This document shows, piece by piece, positions 1 to 9,747 of a stretch of 50,737 bases of DNA. Below the pieces are notes generated by a model that was not told where the DNA came from, searched no databases, and saw only the letters and a list, made by a program, of their open reading frames with translations. The stretch spans positions 1 to 50,737 of the forward strand of contig JAFMNH010000003.1 in NCBI GenBank assembly GCA_017859335.1. The letters are read 5' to 3'. The position numbers were made by a program, and so were the translations under genes. The DNA is from Rhodothermales bacterium (GTDB lineage: Bacteria; Bacteroidota; Rhodothermia; Rhodothermales; UBA10348). Every line of letters begins with the position of its first letter. Position 1 is the first letter of the stretch.

Positions 1-576
1 GGACACGCGGGTATCTATCCGGTACTGTCGTTCGTTTTCCTCGCCCTCTATATCCCCGTTGACGCGAATGTTGAACACCCAGTAGTCCCATGGGTCATCG
101 ATGACATCAGGTCCCAGGTCAGGCGCCTCCGATTGGGCCGATACGGGCACGCTGACCTGGATATCGCGACCCATCTCGGTCGTCAGAAGAAAGCGAACCA
201 GACCAGTGGCAATGGCCGCCGTCAACCCCTCGCGCCGTTCGGCATCCATGTCGGTAGAGGCTGACGTGAACCCGTGCGTATCCGTCATGTCCTGCAAATC
301 TTCGAGACCCAGGAACTGGAGTTCATAGACACGCCCCCCTGATCCTGATTCGCGACTGGTTACGAGGACGTGTACATCCGACTCGAGGCGTTCCCGAACC
401 CAGTCCACGTAGGGAATCGTGCGCCGTACATAGTCAAAGTCACACGACCTTCCACAATCCAGGAAAACGGACAGGGTCTCAGGCCTCCCATTACCATTCT
501 GGGCGTGCGCTGGTTGGACGGCCATGAGCAGTGCAATCAGCAGCATCAGGGAAGAGAAAAGCAATGTGCGGTTCAT
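1..576 (-). CDS. Secreted/outer-membrane hypothetical protein, runs off the window edge (partial)
   Basis: Not in the ORF track because there is no stop in the window. Manual translation from ATG at 576: MNRTLLFSSLMLLIALLMAVQPAHAQ (Sec signal, AHA|Q) then VFLDCGRSCDFDYVRR...SGSGG...DDPWDYWVF; frame stays open to position 1. Confidence 0.8.
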   Translation of the reverse strand, partial: MNRTLLFSSLMLLIALLMAVQPAHAQNGNGRPETLSVFLDCGRSCDFDYVRRTIPYVDWVRERLESDVHVLVTSRESGSGGRVYELQFLGLEDLQDMTDTHGFTSASTDMDAERREGLTAAIATGLVRFLLTTEMGRDIQVSVPVSAQSEAPDLGPDVIDDPWDYWVFNIRVNGDIEGEENERQYRIDTRVS

Positions 577-907
577 ACGAGGGGGATATCGTGCGCTGGA
601 TGTGTCGTTGCAAACCCGGGGTCATCTACGGTAACTAGCCTCTACGCAGTGTTGGTAGGGCAGAGCCGAGACGGTGGCGGTGCTCGGTAGGTCCGGGCTC
701 CCGGTTGTTTCACCCTGTGGACGCTCAAAGCATCCTGAATATTCCTCTACCGAACGCTTTCATCCTTTCTGCACATGTTGGCAAGCCCTGACCAGACCCG
801 CCGCAGCCGGTGCCATTCCGTGGGCATGGCTGCAACCCGGTACAAACTTGCATGAAAGAACAGCGTATCATGAGCCGTAGCCGTTCATCAACCCGATCAG
901 GTCCTGC

Positions 908-2269
908 ATGTCCGAGTCCATTGAGCAGCGTGTGGCAACCGCCATTTTTGCGTGCCTTCCGGGCAACGAACCGGTAAGCAGGACAGCCCTATCCAGCGCG
1001 GACATACCGCAGGGAATCCAGCATTTCTTGCTTCAAACGCTGGACAGACGGGTATTCCTCGAGGTAAACCGGCTCACGGAGCGCATGCCGCAGTGGTTGG
1101 ATGCGACCCATCCAGCAGCCTCCTCGCTTGATGAGAGCTTCGCTGATCTCCTCTACCCTGCCGGGCAATTTCCAGTGGAAGAATGGAAAAAAGCCGTGCC
1201 TCAAGCTGTGCAGGCTGTATCTGCCTACCTGCAGCAACCGACGGCAGCCTTGGTATCGTTTGCCTTTCCAGCAGAAGCCCCAACGGTGCCTGCGGCGGAT
1301 CTCGTGCGTCGAAGCGGATATTTCAAGGGGTACCCATACATGGCCACAGCGGTCGAAGCATGGCTGCAGCAACGTGCGTCGCGGCATGTTGACCGTACCG
1401 CTTTCGAGTCAGCCATGCATGAACTGGACTGCCGCCTGACGGCCGATTATGGCACAGAAGCCTGGGTGACCCTCTTGCAGCCCCTGACAGCCATGGTACG
1501 CTTTGCAGGTGTGCAACCTGATGGCCTGCCCGTTCCCATGGCCCTTCGATTCTTTGAGGGCAAGCGGCGCACCGGCATTGCAGCATCAATTCGAGCGGCG
1601 GCGAAGGCCCACAATGCAGGAATGATAACGCTCGCTTCCCTGCGGGACCTCATCGAGAACGGCCCTACCCAAGGCACCGGGGATGACAGCCTTTCGCCTG
1701 TGAACACAGCGCCACCACAGCATGAACAACCGCAGGGTCCCGTGTCGAGCGGAGAACCTCGTCGCGCATCCGATGGCCCACCGATGCCACTTTGGAAACG
1801 GTTTCAGCAACGTTTGGAAGGAGATGCGTCCGACCAATCGGCAGATACAGCTGCCTCTCCCAGCGCAAACCACCCGCAGCCTCTGTGGAAATCCTTTGGC
1901 CACCAGGGGGGCGCTGAACGCAGAACGGACGACGCAACGCAACAAGCTGTCGACGAAGCAGGACTGCCTGTTGGATCTGGTAACGTCGGAGAGCGCACAG
2001 ACGCCTCCCCATTGCCGCAGGATCTGCCAGCCGTTGTTCTGGGCGCTGCCGTTCAGTACCGGGACCGCTTCGTTCGTGACCTTTTCGATGGGAATGAGGA
2101 TGCCTTTCATGAGACCATGATATACTTGTCTGCAGCCCCGGACTGGACCGTTGCTTCCGCCATCATCGCTGACCGTATTTTCCGACCGTACCGGATCGAT
2201 ATCTATTCAGACGTGGCGGTTGATTTCACCAATGCCGTCGAGGCTCGCTACACGGGTCATCGATCATGA
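908..2269 (+). CDS. Hypothetical protein: helical N-domain, disordered P/Q/S-rich linker, small C-terminal domain
   Basis: 453-aa ORF co-oriented with the next gene; C-terminal FVRDLFDGNEDAF...FTNAVEARY resembles a conserved Bacteroidota C-terminal module (recalled, unverified). Confidence 0.75.
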   Translation: MSESIEQRVATAIFACLPGNEPVSRTALSSADIPQGIQHFLLQTLDRRVFLEVNRLTERMPQWLDATHPAASSLDESFADLLYPAGQFPVEEWKKAVPQAVQAVSAYLQQPTAALVSFAFPAEAPTVPAADLVRRSGYFKGYPYMATAVEAWLQQRASRHVDRTAFESAMHELDCRLTADYGTEAWVTLLQPLTAMVRFAGVQPDGLPVPMALRFFEGKRRTGIAASIRAAAKAHNAGMITLASLRDLIENGPTQGTGDDSLSPVNTAPPQHEQPQGPVSSGEPRRASDGPPMPLWKRFQQRLEGDASDQSADTAASPSANHPQPLWKSFGHQGGAERRTDDATQQAVDEAGLPVGSGNVGERTDASPLPQDLPAVVLGAAVQYRDRFVRDLFDGNEDAFHETMIYLSAAPDWTVASAIIADRIFRPYRIDIYSDVAVDFTNAVEARYTGHRS

Positions 2270-2311
2270 ACCGTTCCGCCTGAAACCTGCCCCACCGTAC
2301 CACTGCGCCTC

Positions 2312-3865
2312 ATGTCTACCAAGGATGATCTTCTGAAACAGCTGCACGATCGTCGGGAAGAAGCCCATCAGGGAGGTGGAAAGACCCGTGTCGCCCGGCA
2401 GCATGAAAAAGGCAAATTGACCGCCCGGGAACGCATCGAGATCCTCCTTGATGATGGCTCTTTCGAAGAGCTGGGCATGTTCGTGCGGCACCAATCAACG
2501 AATCTTGGGCTCGAGACGAATCGTCCCTACGGAGACGGCGTGGTCACGGGGTACGGGACGATTGACGGTCGCCTGGTCTACGTATACAGCCAGGATTTCA
2601 CGGTCTTCGGAGGATCGCTCGGGCAGGCGCACGCTGCCAAGATCGTCAAGATCATGAAGCTGGCCCTGGAAAATGGTGCGCCCGTCATCGGCCTGAATGA
2701 CTCGGGAGGCGCTCGCATCCAGGAAGGGGTCGTTTCACTGGGCGGGTATGCAGACATCTTCCTTCAAAACACGATGGCCTCGGGTGTGGTGCCGCAGATC
2801 TCAGCCATCCTGGGCCCATGTGCTGGAGGGGCGGTCTACTCTCCCGCCATCACGGACTTCATCTTCATGGTCCGGTCCTCCAGCTACATGTTCGTTACCG
2901 GACCCGGCGTCGTAAAAACGGTTACCCATGAAGAGGTCAGTTTCGAAGACCTCGGTGGGGCAGACACGCACGCCACCAAGAGCGGGGTTGCCCACATGGC
3001 CTATGCTTCGGAGGCCGAGTGCCTGAGCGGCATACGGGAACTACTCTCCTACCTGCCGCTCAATTGCGAGGAACCACCACCCCGCGTTCCGACCACCGAT
3101 CCGGTCGACCGCTCGGAGGAGGCGCTCAATGCCCTCATACCGACCAATCCCAACAAGCCCTATGAGATGCGCGAGGTTATCGCGCACATCGTGGACGATG
3201 GGCATTTCTTCGAGGTGCATCCTGATTTTGCACCGAACATCATGGTTGGTTTTGCCCGAATGAACGGCTCAAGCGTGGGCATCGTAGCCAACAACCCGTC
3301 CATTCTTGCTGGTTGCCTCGATATTGATGCCTCCGTCAAAGGAGCCCGATTCGTGCGCTTCTGCGATGCTTTCAATATCCCGCTGCTGGTATTTGAAGAT
3401 GTCCCGGGCTTCATGCCGGGAACCGATCAGGAGTGGCGGGGCATCATCCGACACGGAGCCAAGCTGCTCTACGCCTTCTGCGAAGCGACGGTGCCCAAGA
3501 TTACCGTCATCACCCGAAAAGCCTACGGTGGCGCCTACGACGTGATGAACTCCAAGCACATCCGCGGAGATCTGAATTTCGCATGGCCAACGGCCGAGAT
3601 AGCCGTCATGGGACCGAAAGGGGCTGTCGAAATCATCTATCGCAAGCAGATTGCCGAAGCAAAGGATCCGGAGGCGGAAGAACAGAAGTTCATTGACGAC
3701 TACCGGGGCCGCTTTGCCAATCCTTACGTGGCTGCCGAGCATGGCTATGTCGACGACGTCATTGAGCCTGCCTCTACCCGACTGCGACTGATCCGTGGCC
3801 TCGATATGCTCAAGAACAAGGTGGCTACGAATCCGCCTCGCAAACACGGTAACATCCCGCTCTAG
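2312..3865 (+). CDS. pccB: Acyl-CoA (propionyl-CoA) carboxylase beta subunit / methylmalonyl-CoA carboxyltransferase
   Basis: [53 protein letters not shown] motifs. Confidence 0.93.
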   Translation: MSTKDDLLKQLHDRREEAHQGGGKTRVARQHEKGKLTARERIEILLDDGSFEELGMFVRHQSTNLGLETNRPYGDGVVTGYGTIDGRLVYVYSQDFTVFGGSLGQAHAAKIVKIMKLALENGAPVIGLNDSGGARIQEGVVSLGGYADIFLQNTMASGVVPQISAILGPCAGGAVYSPAITDFIFMVRSSSYMFVTGPGVVKTVTHEEVSFEDLGGADTHATKSGVAHMAYASEAECLSGIRELLSYLPLNCEEPPPRVPTTDPVDRSEEALNALIPTNPNKPYEMREVIAHIVDDGHFFEVHPDFAPNIMVGFARMNGSSVGIVANNPSILAGCLDIDASVKGARFVRFCDAFNIPLLVFEDVPGFMPGTDQEWRGIIRHGAKLLYAFCEATVPKITVITRKAYGGAYDVMNSKHIRGDLNFAWPTAEIAVMGPKGAVEIIYRKQIAEAKDPEAEEQKFIDDYRGRFANPYVAAEHGYVDDVIEPASTRLRLIRGLDMLKNKVATNPPRKHGNIPL

Positions 3866-3993
3866 GACTGGGGAGAATCAGCACACGGTGACAGGGGGGA
3901 TCGCGTCCCGGGTATGTGCGTTATTGCGCCATGCGTCCCGCCTACCAGAGGTTTGATGCGCGTTGCTTTCGGCGTAATAAGCCGTTATTTTTT

Positions 3994-4049
3994 CGGGATC
4001 TGAACCCGTGTTCTCCCCCGCGTCTTCCCTGGGGTTCAGCCTGGTCCCG
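3994..4049 (+). promoter_or_regulatory. Stem-loop in the probable 5' leader of the mltD-like gene
   Basis: ctgaaccc (4000-4007) pairs with gggttcag (4032-4039); outer cgggat/gtcccg; follows TATTTT at 3986-3991. Confidence 0.35.
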
Positions 4050-4074
4050 CTCCAATCAATCGAGGACTTCCATC

Positions 4075-6234
4075 GTGCGGCATTTTTTGGTCTTCGCCCT
4101 CTTTGCCATCCTGACAATGCCCATGATGGCACAGGACGCGACCGTCAGTATCGAGCGTCTTGAGGCCCTGCCCGCAGAAGCACTCGAAGCGCCCGTCCTG
4201 CGCTCCTTCAGGATGGCTTCGGCGCAGCCCGACACGGTCACCAACGCGGCCTTCCTTGAACGGCTTTCTGTGCTGTACAACTACCAGGCCGATCTGATGG
4301 CTGCCTTGGCCCGCAATGATGACGATGCCGCTACGTCGGTGCTCGACCGGGCCATGACGGAGTTGGGCGATCTCGTGCAGCGTGAATACCTGGTGGACGA
4401 CCCTCGTTTTTCGTCTGTCTATCGGGTTTTGGTGGACGAGTATGAACGGGTCTATGGCCCCTCCGATACGCTTTTTGCGGCGTTCGGAGATATTTTCGAG
4501 GTGCGCAAGGCGCTCTTTGCCGAACTCGAGTCCATCGAGGATCCGCTTCTGGAAGATGTGGCCCCCTCGGGCCTTCAGCCGGTGGGTACGGAGTTTCCGA
4601 TGACGATGAACAGGCTCGTGGAGTCATCGATGCAATTCCTGCTTCGCGAGCGAAAAGAGACCATGCAGACCTGGCTCCGCCGGGCGGACACCTACTTCCC
4701 CATGATCGAGCAGATCTTCGAGGAGGAAGGGGTGCCCGATGAGCTTAAATACCTGGCCATGATCGAGTCGGGGCTCAATCCACGAGCACGGAGCTGGGCA
4801 TCCGCCGTGGGCATGTGGCAGTTCATCGCCGCGACGGGCCGTGCCTACGACCTGAATGTCAATGCGTGGGTGGATGACCGCATGGATCCGGAGCTGGCCA
4901 CGCGGGCTGCAGCAAAGCACCTCAAGGATCTCTACCGCATGTACGATGAGGACTGGCAGATTGCCCTGGCCGGCTACAATTGCAGTCCACGCTGTATCCG
5001 GCGTGCCATACGCAGCAGCGGAAAGTCGGACCCAACCTTCTGGGATATCTATCCCTATCTGCCCCGCGAAACCCGCAACTACATTCCCACCTACATTGCT
5101 ACCTCGCTGATTGCTTCCAATCCGGAAGCCTATGACCTGGAGCGCGGGCAGCCCGGACCTGACTACTCCTATCACATCGTGCCGGTAACCGGCATGCTGA
5201 GTCTGTCCGATGTGGCCTCGATGGCCGGAACGGATGTGGCCACGATCAAGGCCCTGAACCCGAATCTGCGCAGGGATACGTTGCCGCCCACGGTAGGCGC
5301 ATTCTACCTGCGCGTCCCTGTGGGCTCCTATGCCTCCTTTGTTGCCTCCTACGAGGCGCTGCCCAACGATGCCAAGCGACCATCCGGGGAATACATCGTA
5401 CGCCGGGGAGACACCCTGAGCGGTATCGGCCAGCAGTTCGGGGTGTCTGTAGCCATGATCATGCAGAAAAACGGACTGCGATCGACCAACATCCGCATCG
5501 GGCAGCGCCTCGTCGTGCCCATTGCCGATTACTCGAATACGGTTCCTGACGTCCAGTTTGCCGATGCATCGTCCTCTGTCGTGCAGTATCGCCGCCGTAT
5601 GAGCCGTCCCATCCTGATGGAGCAGCAAGTGGCATCGACCGTCTCCACCCCGATCGTGGAAGCGCCTACCGCTTCACGCTCCGCCGTGATGACCGTAAGC
5701 CAGACGTCTTCCAGCACGGGTCCAAGTGAACCGGTTGCAACGGAGCCAAGGGACCCGGGTGCACGCATCGTCCATACCGTCCGGCGGGGAGAGACCCTGA
5801 CCATCATTTCGCGAAAGTATGGGGTCTCTGTTCGAGAAATCCAGGGCTGGAATGGGCTGAGTAGCTCCCGGATCAATGCGGGGCAGCGTCTGGAAGTATT
5901 CACGGATGGTCGCGATGCACCCTCACCTGCGGCCAGCTCCACTACCCACCGCGTGCAACGCGGGGATACACTCAGTGAGATTGCCGACCAATACCGCGTT
6001 ACGGTGAGCCAACTCCGCCAGTGGAACAACATCCGGGGATCCAACATCCGTGTCGGTCAGCGATTGACGATATACTCTTCCCAAGGGCAGCCGCTTGATC
6101 ATGTTGTGCGTCGAGGAGATACCCTGATCGGGATTGCCCAGCAGTATGGGGTCTCGGTGGCCAATGTGAAGGCATGGAACAACCTGCGCTCGAATACCAT
6201 CCGCATCGGGCAACGGCTGAAGATCTTCAAATAG
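4075..6234 (+). CDS. mltD: Lytic murein transglycosylase (SLT domain) with multiple LysM domains, MltD-like
   Basis: AMIESGLNP catalytic motif, GMWQFI, AGYN, PRETRNY; four clear LysM repeats (VRRGDTL/VRRGETL/VQRGDTL). Start moved to GTG 4075, which gives signal peptide MRHFLVFALFAIL... with GAGGA upstream. Confidence 0.9.
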   Translation: MRHFLVFALFAILTMPMMAQDATVSIERLEALPAEALEAPVLRSFRMASAQPDTVTNAAFLERLSVLYNYQADLMAALARNDDDAATSVLDRAMTELGDLVQREYLVDDPRFSSVYRVLVDEYERVYGPSDTLFAAFGDIFEVRKALFAELESIEDPLLEDVAPSGLQPVGTEFPMTMNRLVESSMQFLLRERKETMQTWLRRADTYFPMIEQIFEEEGVPDELKYLAMIESGLNPRARSWASAVGMWQFIAATGRAYDLNVNAWVDDRMDPELATRAAAKHLKDLYRMYDEDWQIALAGYNCSPRCIRRAIRSSGKSDPTFWDIYPYLPRETRNYIPTYIATSLIASNPEAYDLERGQPGPDYSYHIVPVTGMLSLSDVASMAGTDVATIKALNPNLRRDTLPPTVGAFYLRVPVGSYASFVASYEALPNDAKRPSGEYIVRRGDTLSGIGQQFGVSVAMIMQKNGLRSTNIRIGQRLVVPIADYSNTVPDVQFADASSSVVQYRRRMSRPILMEQQVASTVSTPIVEAPTASRSAVMTVSQTSSSTGPSEPVATEPRDPGARIVHTVRRGETLTIISRKYGVSVREIQGWNGLSSSRINAGQRLEVFTDGRDAPSPAASSTTHRVQRGDTLSEIADQYRVTVSQLRQWNNIRGSNIRVGQRLTIYSSQGQPLDHVVRRGDTLIGIAQQYGVSVANVKAWNNLRSNTIRIGQRLKIFK

Positions 6235-6388
6235 ATGCGGGTGCGCCCCTGATTTTTTCGACAGGTAGCGTTTTGCGCACAATAACGGAATGACTTCGAG
6301 CGTTCCTTGCCTGCACCCTGCCTGGAATGCTTGCCGATGATTTGACGGCTCGTACCCGGGCACTTTTTGCGTCCTTCCCTGACCGCCC

Positions 6389-6994
6389 ATGCATCCGGCT
6401 GATGAAATCCTTGTTGCCCGTTACGTGGAGGCCGCCGATCAGACTGCTTTTCGAACGCTCCTGGAGCGACATCAGGAACGCGTCTTCGGCTACCTGCGCG
6501 GAATGGTCCGCGACCGGGATGTGGCGAATGATCTCTTTCAGGAGACTTTTTTGCGGGTCATCAGAGCCTTGAATGAGGAACGGGGCTCCTATACCCGGCA
6601 GGATAAATTCCTGGCATGGGTCCTGCGGATTGCAAGGAATGCAGCATTGGACCATCTCAGAGCGCGCAAAAAATGGCAGGATATCGCTCCTGAAGACGAT
6701 GGCGACGAATCAGTATGGTGGGACCGACTACCCGACGATGCCCCATCTGCGCTGGACATCATCCGCGGCAAGGATGATGTCGACCTACTGAGGGCGTGTA
6801 TCGATCGGCTTTCGCCCGAGCAACGGGAAGTGGTCCTCCTTCGGCATGAGTCAGACCTCACGTTTCGGGAAATTGCCGATCTGACGGGCTGCTCCATCAA
6901 TACGGCGCTAGGCCGAATGCGCTACGCATTGATCAATCTGCGCCGGATGATGGAGGACGTCAGACAAAGCGAATTCCTGCCGGTAACCAACTGA
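6389..6994 (+). CDS. ECF-family RNA polymerase sigma factor
   Basis: Region 2 (DLFQETFLRV, AWVLRIARNAALDHLR) and region 4 (LSPEQREVVLLRH...TFREIA...SINTALGRMRYAL). Confidence 0.93.
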   Translation: MHPADEILVARYVEAADQTAFRTLLERHQERVFGYLRGMVRDRDVANDLFQETFLRVIRALNEERGSYTRQDKFLAWVLRIARNAALDHLRARKKWQDIAPEDDGDESVWWDRLPDDAPSALDIIRGKDDVDLLRACIDRLSPEQREVVLLRHESDLTFREIADLTGCSINTALGRMRYALINLRRMMEDVRQSEFLPVTN

Positions 6995-7017
6995 GTGATC
7001 GGAATACAGCTACCACC

Positions 7018-7659
7018 ATGACCTACGGAAAGAAAGAGATTCTGCTACAACTCTACGGCGAGGCTGCAGACACCGAAAAACTCCGCTCCCTGCTGCGGGA
7101 CGAGGAATTGCGTCAGGAGCATGCCGTATTGAGCGAAACCAAATTCAGGCTGGACCTCCTCGAAAAGGAGCGACCGGATACAGCCATCGTAGATGCCATC
7201 GTAGCCGCAGCGGCATCGAACGGAGGTACGCCACATGCCAAGCGGTTGGACCGACCGGCTCGTGCGCGGAGCCCACGTCGCAGGACCGTACTGATTTCGG
7301 CACTGTCGATTGCCGCCGTAGTCCTGGTCGGTACAGGAATCGGCTTGGACTGGTTCGGCGGCTCATCCGGCCTGTCCGCGTCACAGCAAAGTCCAGCCAT
7401 GGCTTCCCATGAGGACGATCTGGTGCCACCCGAGTCGCTGCATCAACTCGTACCGACCCAGCAGCTGCACAGCCTGGCCTCCCGGACTGACCCGAGGCTG
7501 GCTTGGGATGATGCATCGCCGATCCTGGACATGCATCGCCGAATCCAGACCATGCGCCCGGCAAGCCCTCTGGACTGGGGGGAAGCGGCCGTACCGCTGG
7601 AATCCTTGCCCGGCTCCGGTCCGGGCCGTCTCCAGATGACGGGCTCATCCAGACAATAA
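7018..7659 (+). CDS. Putative single-pass anti-sigma factor
   Basis: Directly follows the ECF sigma; short cytoplasmic N-domain (LLQLYGE), Arg-rich stretch then one TM (VLISALSIAAVVLVGTGIGL), low-complexity C-terminal tail. Confidence 0.65.
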   Translation: MTYGKKEILLQLYGEAADTEKLRSLLRDEELRQEHAVLSETKFRLDLLEKERPDTAIVDAIVAAAASNGGTPHAKRLDRPARARSPRRRTVLISALSIAAVVLVGTGIGLDWFGGSSGLSASQQSPAMASHEDDLVPPESLHQLVPTQQLHSLASRTDPRLAWDDASPILDMHRRIQTMRPASPLDWGEAAVPLESLPGSGPGRLQMTGSSRQ

Positions 7660-7709
7660 AAAGGTGCTCCATCTTTTGATCATGCATCCCTCCAACCCCT
7701 TCCAGCGCC

Positions 7710-8630
7710 ATGAAACCGATCACGATACTGTATACGCTCGCCGCTCTGCTGTGCAGTCCGCTTGTTGCTATTTCCCAACCGGCTCGGCAGGCTTCTGAGG
7801 TAATCTCGGCTACGCACAAGATCTCCATTGACGAAGGCGTGGTGTATGTAAACGGAAAGCGTGTGGCAGAGGATGAGCTGCCTGAGAGCCTGAGAATGCT
7901 TGGTTCTGAGGTCAGCATGACCTTCTGGACCTCAGAAAATGCGATCATCGAGATCAACGGGGAATCAGTGATCTTCAACGACGGCACGTTCAGTACGGCC
8001 GATCCCACGGAAAAGACGCGTCGCGACATGCGCATAGCCATGAGGACCGGGCAAGGAAACGCCGAGCTCAGATTGTTCGAGACGCCACGTCCTGCTCGGG
8101 GCTACGTCGTCCGAGGCTACAATGCCGATGCGCAGACCATGGACCGTTATGCCGCTCAGCTTCGCGAACAGGCAGAACAGTTCAACAACCTGACCTTTGA
8201 GCTCAAGGAATTAACACCCGAGAGCAGCGAAGTGATGCGTCAGCTGGTTGTGGAGGCGGAGAATACGGCTCGGCTGGCCAGCATATTCCCACACGTTGAA
8301 TACGAAGCCTATCTGGGATCGGTGCAGGACCGGAATCGGGGACTGTACCAAGGGCTGATGCGGGAGCACGAAATGGAAATCAGGACCTATCAGTTGGCCG
8401 AAGCCATCCAGATGGCTGCCACGGATGACGCACGTCGCGGTTATGAAAGGGAGCTGCGTACTATCCTGACCGATATTTTTGAGCTCAAGCAGGCCAATCG
8501 CCGCGAAGAAATCCGGCAGCTGGAACGGCAGCTGGAAGAGCTCCAATCGCGTCTCGAGGAACGGGAAGACCTCAAGGAAGACATCATTGAGAGCCGCCTC
8601 AGGGACCTCACAAGTCAATCCCGCTGGTAA
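7710..8630 (+). CDS. Exported hypothetical protein with C-terminal coiled coil
   Basis: Signal peptide MKPITILYTLAALLCSPLVA; beta-rich N-half (ISIDEGVVYVNGK, IIEINGESVIFNDG); heptad E/R/L/Q-rich C-terminus. Confidence 0.8.
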   Translation: MKPITILYTLAALLCSPLVAISQPARQASEVISATHKISIDEGVVYVNGKRVAEDELPESLRMLGSEVSMTFWTSENAIIEINGESVIFNDGTFSTADPTEKTRRDMRIAMRTGQGNAELRLFETPRPARGYVVRGYNADAQTMDRYAAQLREQAEQFNNLTFELKELTPESSEVMRQLVVEAENTARLASIFPHVEYEAYLGSVQDRNRGLYQGLMREHEMEIRTYQLAEAIQMAATDDARRGYERELRTILTDIFELKQANRREEIRQLERQLEELQSRLEEREDLKEDIIESRLRDLTSQSRW

Positions 8631-8635
8631 CGACA

Positions 8636-8676
8636 AGGTCCCTGACCACGAGCATTGTATCCGTAGTCAGGGACCT
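8636..8676. terminator. Inverted repeat between convergent genes, probable terminator
   Basis: aggtccctgac (8636-8646) / gtcagggacct (8666-8676), a perfect 11-bp stem 5 nt after the 8630 stop; no U-tract. Confidence 0.55.
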
Positions 8677-8710
8677 CGCAGGTCCTTCCCTGTAGTCTCC
8701 TGCAGATGCC

Positions 8711-8893
8711 TCAGTGCCGGGACCGGTTGCGCTGCCTGCGGGCGGAAGCGCGTCCAATCATGATTGCGCTTGGAATACAGATGCAGGCAACGACAAGAAC
8801 CCACTTCAAGTGGATGTCCGCGACAACGGCGACAAGCAAGAAAATCCAGGGTGCCACCCCGAATATGGCGGCAATCGTGATCCCTTTTTCCAT
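8711..8893 (-). CDS. Small two-TM membrane protein (60 aa)
   Basis: MEKGITIAAIFGVAPWIFLLVAVVA-DIHLK-WVLVVACICIPSAIMIG-RASARRQRNRSRH: two hydrophobic segments plus an Arg-rich tail; TAGTTTTG promoter-like element 25 nt upstream. Confidence 0.6.
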   Translation of the reverse strand: MEKGITIAAIFGVAPWIFLLVAVVADIHLKWVLVVACICIPSAIMIGRASARRQRNRSRH

Positions 8894-8918
8894 TGCACGT
8901 ACTCACTGCTGGTTGATG

Positions 8919-8926
8919 CAAAACTA
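8919..8926 (-). promoter_or_regulatory. TAnnTTTG (Bacteroidota -7-type) promoter element
   Basis: Minus strand reads TAGTTTTG upstream of the 60-aa ORF. Confidence 0.45.
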
Positions 8927-9051
8927 TCCTGACACTCACCGGGACATGCGGAACAAGGATTAGAGACAGGGTTGTCCCTGCTCGGGTATCCCCCACATGT
9001 CAAGGCCTTGAGGTCCGAGCCCAAGTCAGACTCAATCATCGGTGTTATGCT

Positions 9052-9747
9052 TTACGATATATGACGAAGGCGATAGCCTTTATCATATACCGACTCAATC
9101 AACACCTTTTCGATTTGGGCATCTTCAAGTTTTCGTCTGATTCGATGTATCAACGAGTGAACCATAGCGTCTGAATCGGCATAAGGATTACCCCACACTT
9201 CAGTTTTCAATTCAACCTTGGTTACTATCTGGGGAGATCGAAGCATCAGCGTCAGCAGAACTGCATATTCCATCCGGGAAATGATGATCGGAATACCAGA
9301 ATCGTTGACCAATCGCTGAAATTCACGGTCAAGCACAAGGTCTCCGATTTCGATATGACCGTGTGAGCGTTGGATTACACCCGGTACCTCCATGCGTCTG
9401 GATGCTGCGTCTATGCGAGCTTTAATCTCTCTGATCCTGAATGGTTTAACCACGTAGTCGTCGGCACCTGCCTCTAATCCAAGTATTACACTCTGAGAAT
9501 CCGAGTGAGCCGTCAGCAAGATGATCCATCCCGTGTAGCCATTGCGACGAAGTTCGGCAACCAGCTTCAAACCATTGCCGTCTGGAAGGCCAATGTCCAG
9601 CAAGATCAACCGGTAATCCGTTATTCGGATAGCATTAAAGGCATCAGACAATGTGCCTGCTGTCTCGACATCGTAACCAGCTACCTGGAGGTACTCAGAT
9701 ACGGATGTTCGATGCCACAGCTCATCCTCAACATAGAGTATTCTCAT
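9052..9747 (-). CDS. OmpR/PhoB-family response regulator (REC + winged helix)
   Basis: MRILYVEDE, LLDIGLPDGNG (phospho-Asp), GADDYVVKPF, IHRIRRKL...ESVYDKGYRL; start 9747 gives an ATGA overlap with the kinase stop. Confidence 0.92.
   Translation of the reverse strand: MRILYVEDELWHRTSVSEYLQVAGYDVETAGTLSDAFNAIRITDYRLILLDIGLPDGNGLKLVAELRRNGYTGWIILLTAHSDSQSVILGLEAGADDYVVKPFRIREIKARIDAASRRMEVPGVIQRSHGHIEIGDLVLDREFQRLVNDSGIPIIISRMEYAVLLTLMLRSPQIVTKVELKTEVWGNPYADSDAMVHSLIHRIRRKLEDAQIEKVLIESVYDKGYRLRHIS

Noticed and set aside
620-840. Riboswitch in the spacer before the 453-aa gene
   Set aside because: Several GC-rich hairpins but no recognisable aptamer consensus
101-880. Plus-strand ORFs 101-328, 370-690 and 674-880
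   Set aside because: Shadows of the minus-strand secreted protein or of spacer DNA; no motifs
8706-8963. Plus-strand 72-94 aa ORFs as possible peptide precursors
   Set aside because: No leader/core pattern or modifying enzymes; the antisense two-TM ORF explains the region better
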